From assembly GCA_044226015.1 (NCBI GenBank), contig JBGAHS010000010.1, positions 224,001-288,000 on the forward strand: a stretch of 64,000 nt of DNA, written 5' to 3'. Positions within the stretch are counted from its first letter, which is position 1. Each line of letters starts with the position of its first letter. Origin of the DNA: Candidatus Obscuribacteraceae bacterium. GTDB lineage: Bacteria; Cyanobacteriota; Vampirovibrionia; Obscuribacterales; Obscuribacteraceae. This document shows positions 45,999 to 55,941 of this stretch, in pieces. Below the pieces are notes generated by a model. That model was not told the DNA's origin and ran no database searches. It was given only the letters and a program-made list of their open reading frames with translations. A program made the position numbers and the translations under genes.

Positions 45999-48578
45999 TT
46001 GCTTTTACGGTGCTGCAGCGGGATGCGAATGTGCTATTTTTGTCAGAAGCGATTTGATGCACTGAAAGGCTGCTCTGTGACAACGCAATCCTCAAAGAAT
46101 CCCGAAGAGAAGAGCGCAGAGCAAGAGGCTCGTGAGGCTGAATTTGCCAGATATATGGTTTATCGTCAGCCCGCTGATGATGCCATGTCTGCTGAAGATT
46201 ACGAACTAGCCATGCGGCTTTATGCTCAAGGTGCCCGCAAAACAATTGCGGACGGGTTGGAAAAAGAGAATCGGGCAGCGACAATGTTTGCGGGTGCTTG
46301 TGCTTGCGCCATGCGAAGTGAAAAGTACTCGTTGGCGCTGCGTTATTTGCGAAACTCTTTTGAGCATCTCAGTGAAAACGAGCCAGTGTTTGCTGACACG
46401 ATGAATTATTTAATCGATCAGATACACTCGCTTCCATATTATCTGAAGACCTCGGCTCAACGCGAGCTACTTGAATCGATTAAGTCGGAATACTATCAGA
46501 AGTTCTCATCATGTTTGCGACGAGCGTTCTTCTCTGCCCAGAAGAAATTAGCTGCACAGGCGCCAGAAGGCGAGGCTGAGAAACGGAAGCTTCATGGTGT
46601 CGATGTCATCGATAAGTTTCCGTTTCTGGAAGACCTTTTCTCGAAAGTGACGCAGTCTTACATCAAAAAAGAATATCTTGCCGGGCAGAACTTTCTTCAA
46701 TTGGCGCTGCTCGATTTCAAGCTGCCGGAAGAATACTTTCGCAAGGACAGGCAGCAGCCAAACCGAATTCCATTCCGCGTGGGAAAGAACTATTATTTCC
46801 GCATGACAGATCCATCAACTCGCCATAGGATTGTGAGGTGTGCTCAAAACGTTAACAGAAAAGGGAAAATAATTCTTTCGGGACAGGAAGTTTGTCCCCC
46901 CGATTATTTCATCAACTCCGAGCGTTATAGAAAAGATGGTAAGTACATCGCTTATGGCATCTCGAAACATGGCTCTGATTGGGAGGAATGGTACGTAAAG
47001 TCGACTGTCACTGGACGCCAAATTCCGCATTTGAAATTGGACATTCGTCATGGTGGCATTATGTTTCATCCCGATGGAAAAGGACTTGTTTACTGGAAAC
47101 AGGGAAAACCTGAGAATGTCGAAGACCATTTGAAAGTCGTCGAGAAAAGTGTTCGAATATACTACAAACCCTTGCATCCGAAAGATTCAAAAGAGCATTT
47201 GATTTATGCTCCGAAGGATGAAGAAGTAGACCGAGTGAATTTGAATTTCCTTATGGACGGCAAATTCATGCTTATCCAAGAGAAGCGAAAAGGCGAGACA
47301 AAGGGACGCTTTTATATTCTGAAGGCACCGAAAGCGCAGCTGATACCACTCTTCGCAGGGAAAGCACGAGACTGCGTTTACATGGGGTGGCGGCGCAACA
47401 AGTTGTATTTCGAGACCAACGATGCGGCGCCTAATGGAAAGGTTTTTTCGCTTACATTAGATGATGGTGGCAAGCCCGCGAAAGTGGAAACTGTGATTCC
47501 TGAATGCGAAAAGGTAATCAGTGAAACTTATCTTTTAATGGATAGAATTATGGTCAACTATCTTGTTGACAGAAGCACCAAATCTGAAATTGTGAGCTAT
47601 CCACTTGATGGTGGTGCCGCAGTGACTGTTCCTCTGCCGGCTGAAGGGATAGTTGATAATCTTAGTTGCAGCTATGACGACAGCAACCTATTTTTTAGTA
47701 TCAATAGTTTCAGCAATGCTAGCAGCATTTTTTTGCACAATTTGAAATCGAGAAAGACACGCCTTTATTTCGCACCGACGGGACAGCCTTGCCGCGACCT
47801 GGTCAGTGAAGTTGTGAACGTGAAGAGTAAGGATGGCTCTATCGTTCCTATGTGGCTTGTCCACAGAAAAAAGGTGAAACTTGGACCCGACACACCTGTT
47901 CTGATGATGGTGTATGGTGGCTTTAATGTGCCATGCTTACCATATTGCAATTACGAAATTTTGAGTTGGACCGAAATGGGAGGCGTCTGGGCTCAGCCTT
48001 ATCTTAGAGGCGGCGGTGAGCTTGGCGAGCATTGGCATGAATCTGCTAAGAAGCTCAAGAAACAGAATACATTCGATGATGCAATTGCGTGCGCAAAATA
48101 TTTGATCGATAACAAGCTTGCAAGTCCCGCTAAACTAGCGGTAAAAGGCGGCAGCAATGGCGGGCTGACTGTGGCCGTTTTGCTAAATCAAGCCCCTGAG
48201 TGCTTTGCCGCTGCAATCGCAAGTAATGGGCTTTACGATATGCTCAAATTTCAAAATCACACTATAGGCTGGGCTTGGGAGTGTGATTATGGCAGCGTCG
48301 CGAAGAAGAAAGAGTTCCAGACCATATTCTCTTACTCGCCCATACATAATCTTCGAAAGGTCTCAAGATTTCCAGCTCTCTTATTGTGCGCTAGTGAAGG
48401 AGATGACCGTGTGCCGCCCTGGCACACAATGAAATACCTGGCTGAACTCAGGCAGCATGTACCAGCAGAGTCAATCTTAGTATTGCGAATCGAGCGCAAG
48501 AGTGGTCATGTAAGTCACCGTAGTAGCTGGGAGATTCGTGATCAGCAAGCGTTTTTGAAGCAAGTGCTCGGAATGTAG
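45999..48578 (+). CDS. Prolyl oligopeptidase (S9A) with helical N-terminal extension
   Basis: SKDGSIVPM, YGGFN, RGGGE, KQNTFDD, GGSNGG (Ser), DDRVPP (Asp), SGH (His); start uncertain. Confidence 0.9.
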   Translation: MLLRCCSGMRMCYFCQKRFDALKGCSVTTQSSKNPEEKSAEQEAREAEFARYMVYRQPADDAMSAEDYELAMRLYAQGARKTIADGLEKENRAATMFAGACACAMRSEKYSLALRYLRNSFEHLSENEPVFADTMNYLIDQIHSLPYYLKTSAQRELLESIKSEYYQKFSSCLRRAFFSAQKKLAAQAPEGEAEKRKLHGVDVIDKFPFLEDLFSKVTQSYIKKEYLAGQNFLQLALLDFKLPEEYFRKDRQQPNRIPFRVGKNYYFRMTDPSTRHRIVRCAQNVNRKGKIILSGQEVCPPDYFINSERYRKDGKYIAYGISKHGSDWEEWYVKSTVTGRQIPHLKLDIRHGGIMFHPDGKGLVYWKQGKPENVEDHLKVVEKSVRIYYKPLHPKDSKEHLIYAPKDEEVDRVNLNFLMDGKFMLIQEKRKGETKGRFYILKAPKAQLIPLFAGKARDCVYMGWRRNKLYFETNDAAPNGKVFSLTLDDGGKPAKVETVIPECEKVISETYLLMDRIMVNYLVDRSTKSEIVSYPLDGGAAVTVPLPAEGIVDNLSCSYDDSNLFFSINSFSNASSIFLHNLKSRKTRLYFAPTGQPCRDLVSEVVNVKSKDGSIVPMWLVHRKKVKLGPDTPVLMMVYGGFNVPCLPYCNYEILSWTEMGGVWAQPYLRGGGELGEHWHESAKKLKKQNTFDDAIACAKYLIDNKLASPAKLAVKGGSNGGLTVAVLLNQAPECFAAAIASNGLYDMLKFQNHTIGWAWECDYGSVAKKKEFQTIFSYSPIHNLRKVSRFPALLLCASEGDDRVPPWHTMKYLAELRQHVPAESILVLRIERKSGHVSHRSSWEIRDQQAFLKQVLGM

Positions 48579-48607
48579 TCGAGCGCTTTTGGGAAAAACA
48601 CGTACCC

Positions 48608-48663
48608 TGCCAAATTTTTGCCAAATTTCTGCCGGGATTTTGCCAATCTTGACAGCTTAGAAT
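48608..48663 (+). promoter_or_regulatory. Four TGCC direct repeats at 11-bp spacing followed by TAGAAT
   Basis: TGCC at 48608, 48619, 48630 and 48641; TAGAAT at 48658. Confidence 0.5.
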
Positions 48664-48720
48664 CTGTTCATGGGGTGAACGAAATCGCTTGATTGGGTTA
48701 AGGGTTTGGAGGTAATTGGG

Positions 48721-49158
48721 ATGAGTGACTTACATCAGGATCCGTCGTGGAGAGAAGCGGCACGAAATGTGGCTCGTGAGCTTGATCAAAATGATGTGCG
48801 CGGTGCGCAAGAACTAATGCGACAGGACCTATGGCAATTGCAAAATGACCCACGGGGTCAACACGAGTTTATCAATATGGTTAGCCGAATGGACCAGAAG
48901 GGCGTTGGCGCTGACCTGAATATTTATCATGGACCGAATGGGCAAGAGCAATGGCAAATTATGCCTGCTAACTACGGACGGGACAATCGCTATCCAGTAC
49001 CGCCACCGCAATCTTTACCAGCACCAGATGTGGTGATTGTTGAGCCGCAGAGACCAAGCCCCGGTGAACGTATTGTTGATGGTATCGTGACTGGTGCAGG
49101 AATTGGCATCGGCATGGGCATCATGGGAAGAGTTTTTGGCGGGCATCATCGCCGCTAA
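48721..49158 (+). CDS. Hypothetical protein with C-terminal glycine-zipper-like segment
   Basis: GGAGGT RBS before ATG 48721; GIVTGAGIGIGMGIMG. Confidence 0.75.
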   Translation: MSDLHQDPSWREAARNVARELDQNDVRGAQELMRQDLWQLQNDPRGQHEFINMVSRMDQKGVGADLNIYHGPNGQEQWQIMPANYGRDNRYPVPPPQSLPAPDVVIVEPQRPSPGERIVDGIVTGAGIGIGMGIMGRVFGGHHRR

Positions 49159-49409
49159 ACCAGATGGTTCGCGACCTAGTGGGGAGCCAAGGGCTGACGG
49201 TTCCTCAGCTAAGCTCGGTCTGCTGATTCAAGGGCTGACGAATAGCAGATTGAGCTTGGCACGGGTCGAGACTTCCTAACTCCTTGAGCGTATTCAATTA
49301 AATATCCGTTTTTTATTTGCTGCGAGACCCCCCGAAACTCTCGTTGCAATTCGTAGGACAGGCAACTCACCTCTGCCTGTCCTCTCCCCTTTTTGGCTTT
49401 CACGGATCA

Positions 49410-49435
49410 CCTGGGAGAGCCGGACTCCAGCCGGC
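49410..49435 (+). repeat. REP-like palindrome
   Basis: cctgggagagccggactccagccggc matches the copy at 18397-18424. Confidence 0.6.
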
Positions 49436-49590
49436 ATATTCGTTTTTATACTCTCAAGCGAAACACTTGGTGCCTGGCACTAACTAGGAAGCCCTCCGAT
49501 ATGTTTTGGTGCATTCTTTGCTATCAGTTGGAAGCTATTTCTTATTTTCGTTTTAATGCTTATAATCACTGTTAGTTCGGTAGCTCTACG

Positions 49591-50664
49591 GTGAGGGTAT
49601 TTCTTTCAGTGAACAACTCTATTAACTCACCGCTGGAAATGGCTATGGATGCGCCTGTCCTGCATACATTTATTTCTTATCTGGCTGAAAAGAAAAAAGA
49701 ACTTGAGGACAATCCGAACGGGCACATCAAAATTCAACTAAATCGTGACTTTATCTGGCGCGTTAGAGAGTCGTTCAGGCAGAACATCCTTGATGGCGAG
49801 CGACACATGCATACTCTTGCGCACCTTCTTGCCACTCATTTGCTGGATGGGGAATTTGACCTGCACAGCAACGTAATCGGCATTTTGCCGGAAGGTGATC
49901 GTCCGTTCTTAATCAGGGAGAGAATCACACAGGAAACGTTGCTCTCCGTGCTAGATATTGATCTCGGTAATCACTTGCTAGATAACTTTCGCTATCAAAA
50001 AGACCGTGCTTGGCTGCCACTAAATTTGTCGGCAAACTTTGTCGAGTACATTCCTAAAGCTGAGACGCAGTGGAAAGTTAATCGGCTAACCAGCCGTGTC
50101 AAGGCTGAGGAAGAGCTTTGGAACAAAGTCGCGGATGAGTTGTTTCAGCTTGATAAATTGGTGAGCAAAGACAAGCACTTACGTCAGTACAGCAAATATG
50201 TGAAGGACATTTTTGGAATCAAGATTGTTTGTGAGGACGAACGCACGTGTTGGAAAGTCCATGAGATGCTCAAAGATCTCACAACTACTGTTCCTGTTGA
50301 GCACGCAGCTGAAGGAAACCCTGACTTCGGTGAGAAGTTGCTCCAATTCATAGAGACAAAAGATTATCTCACCTGCAATCCCAATGCCATGAAGAAAACG
50401 GGCTGGAAAGCAATAAAGAGTGTCGTTAAGTGGTGTGATCGCTTGTTCGAATTGCAAGTTCAACCGCTGAGCAATTACTACCTCGAACTCGACCACATGT
50501 CTGGACCTTCCCACAGTTCGTTTAAAAGTTTCCGAGACAAGATGAGAGACGATGTCTCTGAAAGAGTTCCACTCTATGGATTCTATCGCAACTTGCTCAG
50601 GACTCTGTTCATGGGCAGCAATATGTCATTTGAATATGATCAGGCATCTGTCGAGATCAAATAG
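49591..50664 (+). CDS. Divergent RelA/SpoT synthetase-like nucleotidyltransferase (no hydrolase or regulatory domains)
   Basis: SRVK, KDIFGIKIV, KDY, ELQVQ in the order of Syn1-Syn4. Confidence 0.65.
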   Translation: MRVFLSVNNSINSPLEMAMDAPVLHTFISYLAEKKKELEDNPNGHIKIQLNRDFIWRVRESFRQNILDGERHMHTLAHLLATHLLDGEFDLHSNVIGILPEGDRPFLIRERITQETLLSVLDIDLGNHLLDNFRYQKDRAWLPLNLSANFVEYIPKAETQWKVNRLTSRVKAEEELWNKVADELFQLDKLVSKDKHLRQYSKYVKDIFGIKIVCEDERTCWKVHEMLKDLTTTVPVEHAAEGNPDFGEKLLQFIETKDYLTCNPNAMKKTGWKAIKSVVKWCDRLFELQVQPLSNYYLELDHMSGPSHSSFKSFRDKMRDDVSERVPLYGFYRNLLRTLFMGSNMSFEYDQASVEIK

Positions 50665-50747
50665 TCTACAAGCCCAAGGCAAATTTGACTGACTTAACCA
50701 ATTCGCTTGGCTAATCAAATTCGATTGGCGGAGGCTGATTCGAGCTG

Positions 50748-51980
50748 CTAATCTATATATTCGCGAAGTCTTCTGCTGCGGTTTGGATGCCTGAGCTTTC
50801 TCAGCGCTTTTGCTTCGATTTGACGAATTCGCTCACGCGTTACAGCAAATAGTTGTCCAACTTCTTCCAGTGTACGCTGGCGTCCGTCATCGAGACCGAA
50901 TCGCAAGCGCAACACGTCTCTTTCGCGAGCTGATAGTCCCGCCATAACTTCGATGATGTCTTCCCGCAAGAATTCCTTGGTTACTGAGGTCGCCGGTGTT
51001 TCAGCTTGTTCGTCTTCGATAAAGTCGCCCAGCTTACCGTCTTCTTCCTTACCAATAGGAGTTTCCAGTGAAATTGGCTCTTGCGATACCTTTATAAGCT
51101 CACGCAATTTTGTGAGACTCATATCCATCGCTTCAGCAATTTCTTCGTCCGTCGGTTTTCTGCCTTTGGCTTGTTGAAGATTGCGAGTGGTTTTCTTGAG
51201 CTTATTGATTGTATCAATCATATGAACAGGAATACGAATTGTTCTTGCCTGGTCGGCGATCGCTCTGGTGATGGCTTGTCTTATCCACCAGGTTGCATAG
51301 GTGCTGAACTTGTAACCTCTGCTGTGGTCAAACTTTCCGGTTGCTTTAATCAAACCGAGGTTGCCTTCTTGAATCAAATCGAGGAATAGCATGCCGCGAC
51401 CGGTGTATTTCTTGGCGATCGAAACAACGAGTCGAAGATTTGACTGAGCCAGTTTTCTTTTGGCAATCGCCGCTTGCGCTCCGCCTTGTTCGATCAGTCG
51501 TGCAAGCTCGATTTCTTGTTGCGCAGTTAAGAGTGGAATGCGCCCGATTTCTCTCAAGTAAAGTCTGACTGGGTCGTCTGAGGACAAACCTTTGGAAACG
51601 TTCTCAACAAAATGACTTGGGTCGTCTTCCGACTCTTCGTCATCAGTGAAGTAAAACTCGTCTTCAGAAGATTCCTCAAAACTGTTTGTCACAGGTGCCG
51701 GAGCTTCCTGTCCTGGTTCGTAATCGTCCGTTTCGTCGGAATAAGTTGACACTACTGACTCTTTTTTGGCGCCTTTCTTCGACGCCTTATCTGTTCCGGG
51801 TTTTTCTTCTGATGCACTCATAGGATCTCGTTTCGACACACCTTTTGCTTCATCTAACTGTTTAGCTTCTAAATCTTTGTGGCACTTCTCAGAACCAGAT
51901 TTCTGGGGTTCGGCATTCTTTGACCTGGCATCGATCGCTTCACCCTTTGTGCCATCAGGTTTTTCACCATCCAAACTCAT
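50748..51980 (-). CDS. rpoD: Sigma-70 factor, RpoD/SigA type (possibly a paralog)
   Basis: [54 protein letters not shown]...TRERIRQIE. Confidence 0.9.
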   Translation of the reverse strand: MSLDGEKPDGTKGEAIDARSKNAEPQKSGSEKCHKDLEAKQLDEAKGVSKRDPMSASEEKPGTDKASKKGAKKESVVSTYSDETDDYEPGQEAPAPVTNSFEESSEDEFYFTDDEESEDDPSHFVENVSKGLSSDDPVRLYLREIGRIPLLTAQQEIELARLIEQGGAQAAIAKRKLAQSNLRLVVSIAKKYTGRGMLFLDLIQEGNLGLIKATGKFDHSRGYKFSTYATWWIRQAITRAIADQARTIRIPVHMIDTINKLKKTTRNLQQAKGRKPTDEEIAEAMDMSLTKLRELIKVSQEPISLETPIGKEEDGKLGDFIEDEQAETPATSVTKEFLREDIIEVMAGLSARERDVLRLRFGLDDGRQRTLEEVGQLFAVTRERIRQIEAKALRKLRHPNRSRRLREYID

Positions 51981-52156
51981 TCTCTCTGAACCTCATCTGG
52001 TCTGCTTTTAGGATTTATTCCCCGAATCTTATTCACTTCAATCAAACTTGGCTTCCTTTCTATCTCTTGGCTTCATTTTCTTCATGATTTTGTATTCCCT
52101 GAGCTATCAAGCCGTTGACTTTGTTCAGTCTAATAATGTGGACAATCCCTCCCAGC

Positions 52157-53677
52157 TTAGACTTTTGATTTTACCTTGAGGCAGCGGTCGGCCGCATATC
52201 TAGCAGAGGCTACAGCCCCTTCAAATGATTGTCCTCGAGAACTGCTGTGTGCAAAGCTCATCCATTCGGGGTCCATGCCTTGAATTTGAGAGCGAATTGA
52301 CCTGGAAGTCGTGCTTGGAACACTGAAAGCATGTCCCCATCGTGTCAAAACGACTTGATCAAGACTTCCCTGAAACCCCTCAATCATTGTGTTTAGCTGT
52401 TGGATTAATGAGTCTGCGAGTTTCTCGCGGTCATCCTCAGCCAATAGCTGAGCTCGTCCCATCGGTCCGTGCTCGTAAGGATGGTAGACAGTAAGGACAG
52501 AGCCCATTTCGGGTTTGTATCTACCCGTCGCCTGGTAAGGTGCCTCTGCCATCACCATCTGTCCATATGGGTACGGCTCATCGGCAAAACTCTGGTAGGG
52601 ATTTTGAAACACTTTCTTCTTCATGCAAAAGTTCGCGACTAAAAAGGCAGCATACTCCTGGCTTTGCAGCTTTTCTCTGTACGCTTGAGAAAGCTTCGGA
52701 GCTATGCGTGCGGTGACAAAGGGCGGTGCAGCTACAACAGCGTGTTTGCAATTGACTCGATGCATTTCGCCATTTTTGTCGCTGAAGACAACTGATGCGC
52801 CTTTCTCTGTTGGTTCGACGAGCCAGACAAAAGCAGAGGTTTGATATCGATCGGGGCTGCTGGCGTCGAGGCTTCGCTTCAAAGCCCGCGCGATGCCTGA
52901 GTTGCCGCCATCACATACGTAGCTGTCCGTAGTGAGTATGCGCATCAACCCGAGTCCAGCCGCTGCTGCAATGTAATCGGGACCGCCACAGTAAAACGAG
53001 CGGCAAATGTTGGATACAAGTTTCACAAAGCCAGCATCGTAACCTTTCAGAAGAGTATCGAAAGTCGAGCTAGCCAATTTTTGAGAGAGAGCGTCACGAT
53101 CTGCGCTGTTGGGGCTCTGTAACTTTTGGGACAAGTCGTTGCTTTCTTTGGCAAAGCGGTTTAATTCCGAATAGAATTTATCGGCACCAGAGTTCCCTTT
53201 CACCCATTTATTGTCATAGTGCCAGGCTATCTGGTCTGGAGGAATGAGGGCAGGTTTGAGTGAGAGTTCTTCAAACAGTTTGCCAATCTCACCGTCATGA
53301 GACCCAGTGCAAACTGCTCCCATCGAATAGTCTATGCCGTTGTAGGATCCACCGCTGGACGTTCCGCCAGTTTGCGCATATTGTTCAAGAAGCAAAAAGT
53401 TTTCGCCTTTGAGAAAGTGAGCAGAACAAAGCCCTGCCATGCCACCACCAACAATCACAAAGTCTACTTTTCGTTCTGCCTTATCTGGAAATTTGGGAGC
53501 TTCACCATCTCTCAGGCGATGGCCAAGAGTAAAGTCGTCGCCAGCCCAGGGTAGCACTTTGTAATTCCGCTCTTCTGAAGCGATGGCATGTTCTGAGTTG
53601 TTGAAAGTTCCCTGAAGTCCAAGGGTCGCTGCTGCTCCCAAAAGTTTGAGAAAATTCCGCCTGGAAGAATCTGGCAT
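52157..53677 (-). CDS. Tat-exported FAD-dependent oxidoreductase (amine oxidase-like)
   Basis: SRRNFLK twin-arginine signal; IVGGGMAG, TGGTS, TRWGHA, FEGA. Confidence 0.85.
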   Translation of the reverse strand: MPDSSRRNFLKLLGAAATLGLQGTFNNSEHAIASEERNYKVLPWAGDDFTLGHRLRDGEAPKFPDKAERKVDFVIVGGGMAGLCSAHFLKGENFLLLEQYAQTGGTSSGGSYNGIDYSMGAVCTGSHDGEIGKLFEELSLKPALIPPDQIAWHYDNKWVKGNSGADKFYSELNRFAKESNDLSQKLQSPNSADRDALSQKLASSTFDTLLKGYDAGFVKLVSNICRSFYCGGPDYIAAAAGLGLMRILTTDSYVCDGGNSGIARALKRSLDASSPDRYQTSAFVWLVEPTEKGASVVFSDKNGEMHRVNCKHAVVAAPPFVTARIAPKLSQAYREKLQSQEYAAFLVANFCMKKKVFQNPYQSFADEPYPYGQMVMAEAPYQATGRYKPEMGSVLTVYHPYEHGPMGRAQLLAEDDREKLADSLIQQLNTMIEGFQGSLDQVVLTRWGHAFSVPSTTSRSIRSQIQGMDPEWMSFAHSSSRGQSFEGAVASARYAADRCLKVKSKV

Positions 53678-53737
53678 TTTGTCTCCGATGCTGGATAAAT
53701 ATCAGACAAGTCTGTCTGGCATATTATCCAACATGCG

Positions 53738-55051
53738 TCATTTTAATTCCAATCGTTTTCTCTTTCTTATGAGGGCGGCGGAGGCTTCAACTGCTTTGTC
53801 GTAGTCAACTCCTTCTGGCAGGCTGTCTGCTTTTGCAAGTAAGAAGTTCAACAGCAATGCCTGCTCGTTTTTCATTTTGCTTCTCTCGCTTCGTAGCCCG
53901 GTTTCTGTGCTTGACTCAGCTTCTTTCGAATTTGAGGACTCTGGCTTTAATGTGAGGTGAACGTCAGTGATATAACCGTGGGTGTTGGCGTTGCTGAGGT
54001 AGCCGTCGGTGTTGGCGAGGTAGCCGTGGTTGTTGCTGAGGTGACCGTCGCTGAGTTTTCCGTCAGCAAGCTTGCTGTTTGCAATAATCTGGTCGAGTTC
54101 GTGATTCAACTCAGCTTCGTCTGGAAACTTATCATCGCGTTCAAGCATTACTCTGCGTGCTGGTGTGAGAGTATGGAGAACCTTTAGCAGATTCAAGACT
54201 TCGTCCTGCACCGGATGAGCATGCGTGTCATGGTAGAACTTTCCTTTCATTGTACCGCCGGCTATATGAACGTACGCCAGTCTATCGAGTGGAAGTCGTT
54301 TCAAGTATTCCGCCGGGTCAATTCCATGGTTTATTGAATTAGCCAGAAGATTTGAGACGTCGAGAATCATAAAGCTGTCGGTCTGTTCTAACACTTCAGC
54401 ATAGAAGTCAGCTTCGTTAATCTCGCTATTTTCCCAATCGCAAATTGTCGCTATGTTCTCTAAGGCAAAATTAGTGTCTAGAAACTGCTTGATGTATTTG
54501 ACGTTCTCTATCGTGACCTTGAGCGATTCTCTGCTGCGTTTAACTGGAAGCAAGTGCCCGGAGTACTCGTGGTTAGCGCGAACAAAAGAGATGTGGTCGC
54601 TGACAAATTCTGAGTTTAAGGATTTTGCTAGTTTATTTATTCTCTTTATCTGTTCTTTGTTGGGACGTTCATACCCGCATGGAGCAAGTGAGATGCAGTG
54701 TGTCATCACTGAAACACCTTTCTCTTTCAGCTCGATGAGCGATTCGGGAAGATCTCGCTTTAGATAATTTTCGGCTACTATCTCTACAAAGCTCAGGTCA
54801 CTTCGCCTTGAAATTGCTAGTGCCAAACCGGCTCGCCAGCCGATGCCCAACTCAACTTCAGCCGACTCTGGGTAAGGACTGAAGTTCATTTCGTTCGGCA
54901 CAGACTTTAAAAACTGCTTTTGAATGTGGAGCTTCTCTTCAACTGTGCTGAACCAATTTCGAATCTTAGAAGTCAAAGTTCTGGTGTTCATAATTGTCTC
55001 GTTGGAATCTGCAGTAATTGTCTCGTTGGAATTGGGTGTTTGAATGTCCAT
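53738..55051 (-). CDS. DUF692 multinuclear non-heme iron oxidative enzyme (MNIO) with fused C-terminal partner-like segment
   Basis: GIGWR, EIVAEN, SDHI, LENIA, LDVSN, VHIAGG, HDTH, LERD; tail EQALLLNFLL...PEG.D...AALIRKR. Start ATG 55051. Confidence 0.9.
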   Translation of the reverse strand: MDIQTPNSNETITADSNETIMNTRTLTSKIRNWFSTVEEKLHIQKQFLKSVPNEMNFSPYPESAEVELGIGWRAGLALAISRRSDLSFVEIVAENYLKRDLPESLIELKEKGVSVMTHCISLAPCGYERPNKEQIKRINKLAKSLNSEFVSDHISFVRANHEYSGHLLPVKRSRESLKVTIENVKYIKQFLDTNFALENIATICDWENSEINEADFYAEVLEQTDSFMILDVSNLLANSINHGIDPAEYLKRLPLDRLAYVHIAGGTMKGKFYHDTHAHPVQDEVLNLLKVLHTLTPARRVMLERDDKFPDEAELNHELDQIIANSKLADGKLSDGHLSNNHGYLANTDGYLSNANTHGYITDVHLTLKPESSNSKEAESSTETGLRSERSKMKNEQALLLNFLLAKADSLPEGVDYDKAVEASAALIRKRKRLELK

Positions 55052-55056
55052 TTCGT

Positions 55057-55941
55057 TTAACCACCGCAGCCACCGCCACAGCCTCCACCACAGCTTCCTC
55101 CACAACTTGCTCCGCCTTCTCCTGCTCCGCAGCCGTAGGCATAGTCGCTAACGTCGTTGTTGAATGCATTGCTGAATACTGGTTGTGGTTTCAGTAGCTC
55201 AATTGAAACTGGGGCAAAAAGCGCAAGTGCAAGTTCCACGTCTTTCAGGCGTAGGCTTGAGCCAAAGGATTTGAAATTATCTTTGAGAGACTTATTCTGC
55301 GCTCGCCATGTTTTCAATACAGTGTCACCATATCTGGTTCTGGCAAATCGGTCTCTTTTCAGAGAGTAGAGCCCGATGAATGCAGTTATGATTAAAAAGA
55401 GCAAAAACAGTATTGGTTTGTGATTGGCTATGCCTGAAAACAGTCGAGGTAGCTCAAGGGTGAAGATTGGCGCACAGTACACGAAAATAGCTAGAATTTG
55501 TGCGACATCTTTTTGGAAATCACTGGGGACCAGACCTGCTTTTACCAGGAATGATTGTGATTTTTCTAACTCGAATTTCAGCAGTTGGAACACTGTTTGG
55601 ATTTGTTTTGTTTCTGGACCAATGGCGTAGAATATTCTGCTTTCATAATCGTTTTGGGGTGGGTTGGCTGAAGTGGCTAATTTCACAGTCTTGTCGTAGC
55701 TGTTTATTTCTACAATTTGTTTCTTCTCCATCACCTTGAGCATCGTGATGAATAGATGCTCTACGCCACCGTTAAGGTAAGCCGCAGTGTGAGAATCTGC
55801 CACGATGTCATCGCCAATTCGCGCTTTCTGGTTCTGCGACTCAATGAGATTTCGCACAAGCAGAGCTGCAGGGTATGCTGCGATTTGCAGCAAAATTGCC
55901 ACTTTCAAAAACTCAGGACCTGTCAACATAAATATATTCAT
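55057..55941 (-). CDS. TIGR04222-like membrane protein with Gly/Cys-rich C-terminal tail
   Basis: TGPEFL, AAYLNGG, KPILFL, RTRYGD; ends GCGAGEGGASCGGSCGGGCGGGCGG; GGAGG before ATG 55941. Confidence 0.85.
   Translation of the reverse strand: MNIFMLTGPEFLKVAILLQIAAYPAALLVRNLIESQNQKARIGDDIVADSHTAAYLNGGVEHLFITMLKVMEKKQIVEINSYDKTVKLATSANPPQNDYESRIFYAIGPETKQIQTVFQLLKFELEKSQSFLVKAGLVPSDFQKDVAQILAIFVYCAPIFTLELPRLFSGIANHKPILFLLFLIITAFIGLYSLKRDRFARTRYGDTVLKTWRAQNKSLKDNFKSFGSSLRLKDVELALALFAPVSIELLKPQPVFSNAFNNDVSDYAYGCGAGEGGASCGGSCGGGCGGGCGG

Noticed and set aside
55052..55105. Trp/Arg-rich leader MWRKLWWRLWRWLRW on DUF692
   Set aside because: Off-frame reading of the GGC/TGT tail of the upstream gene.
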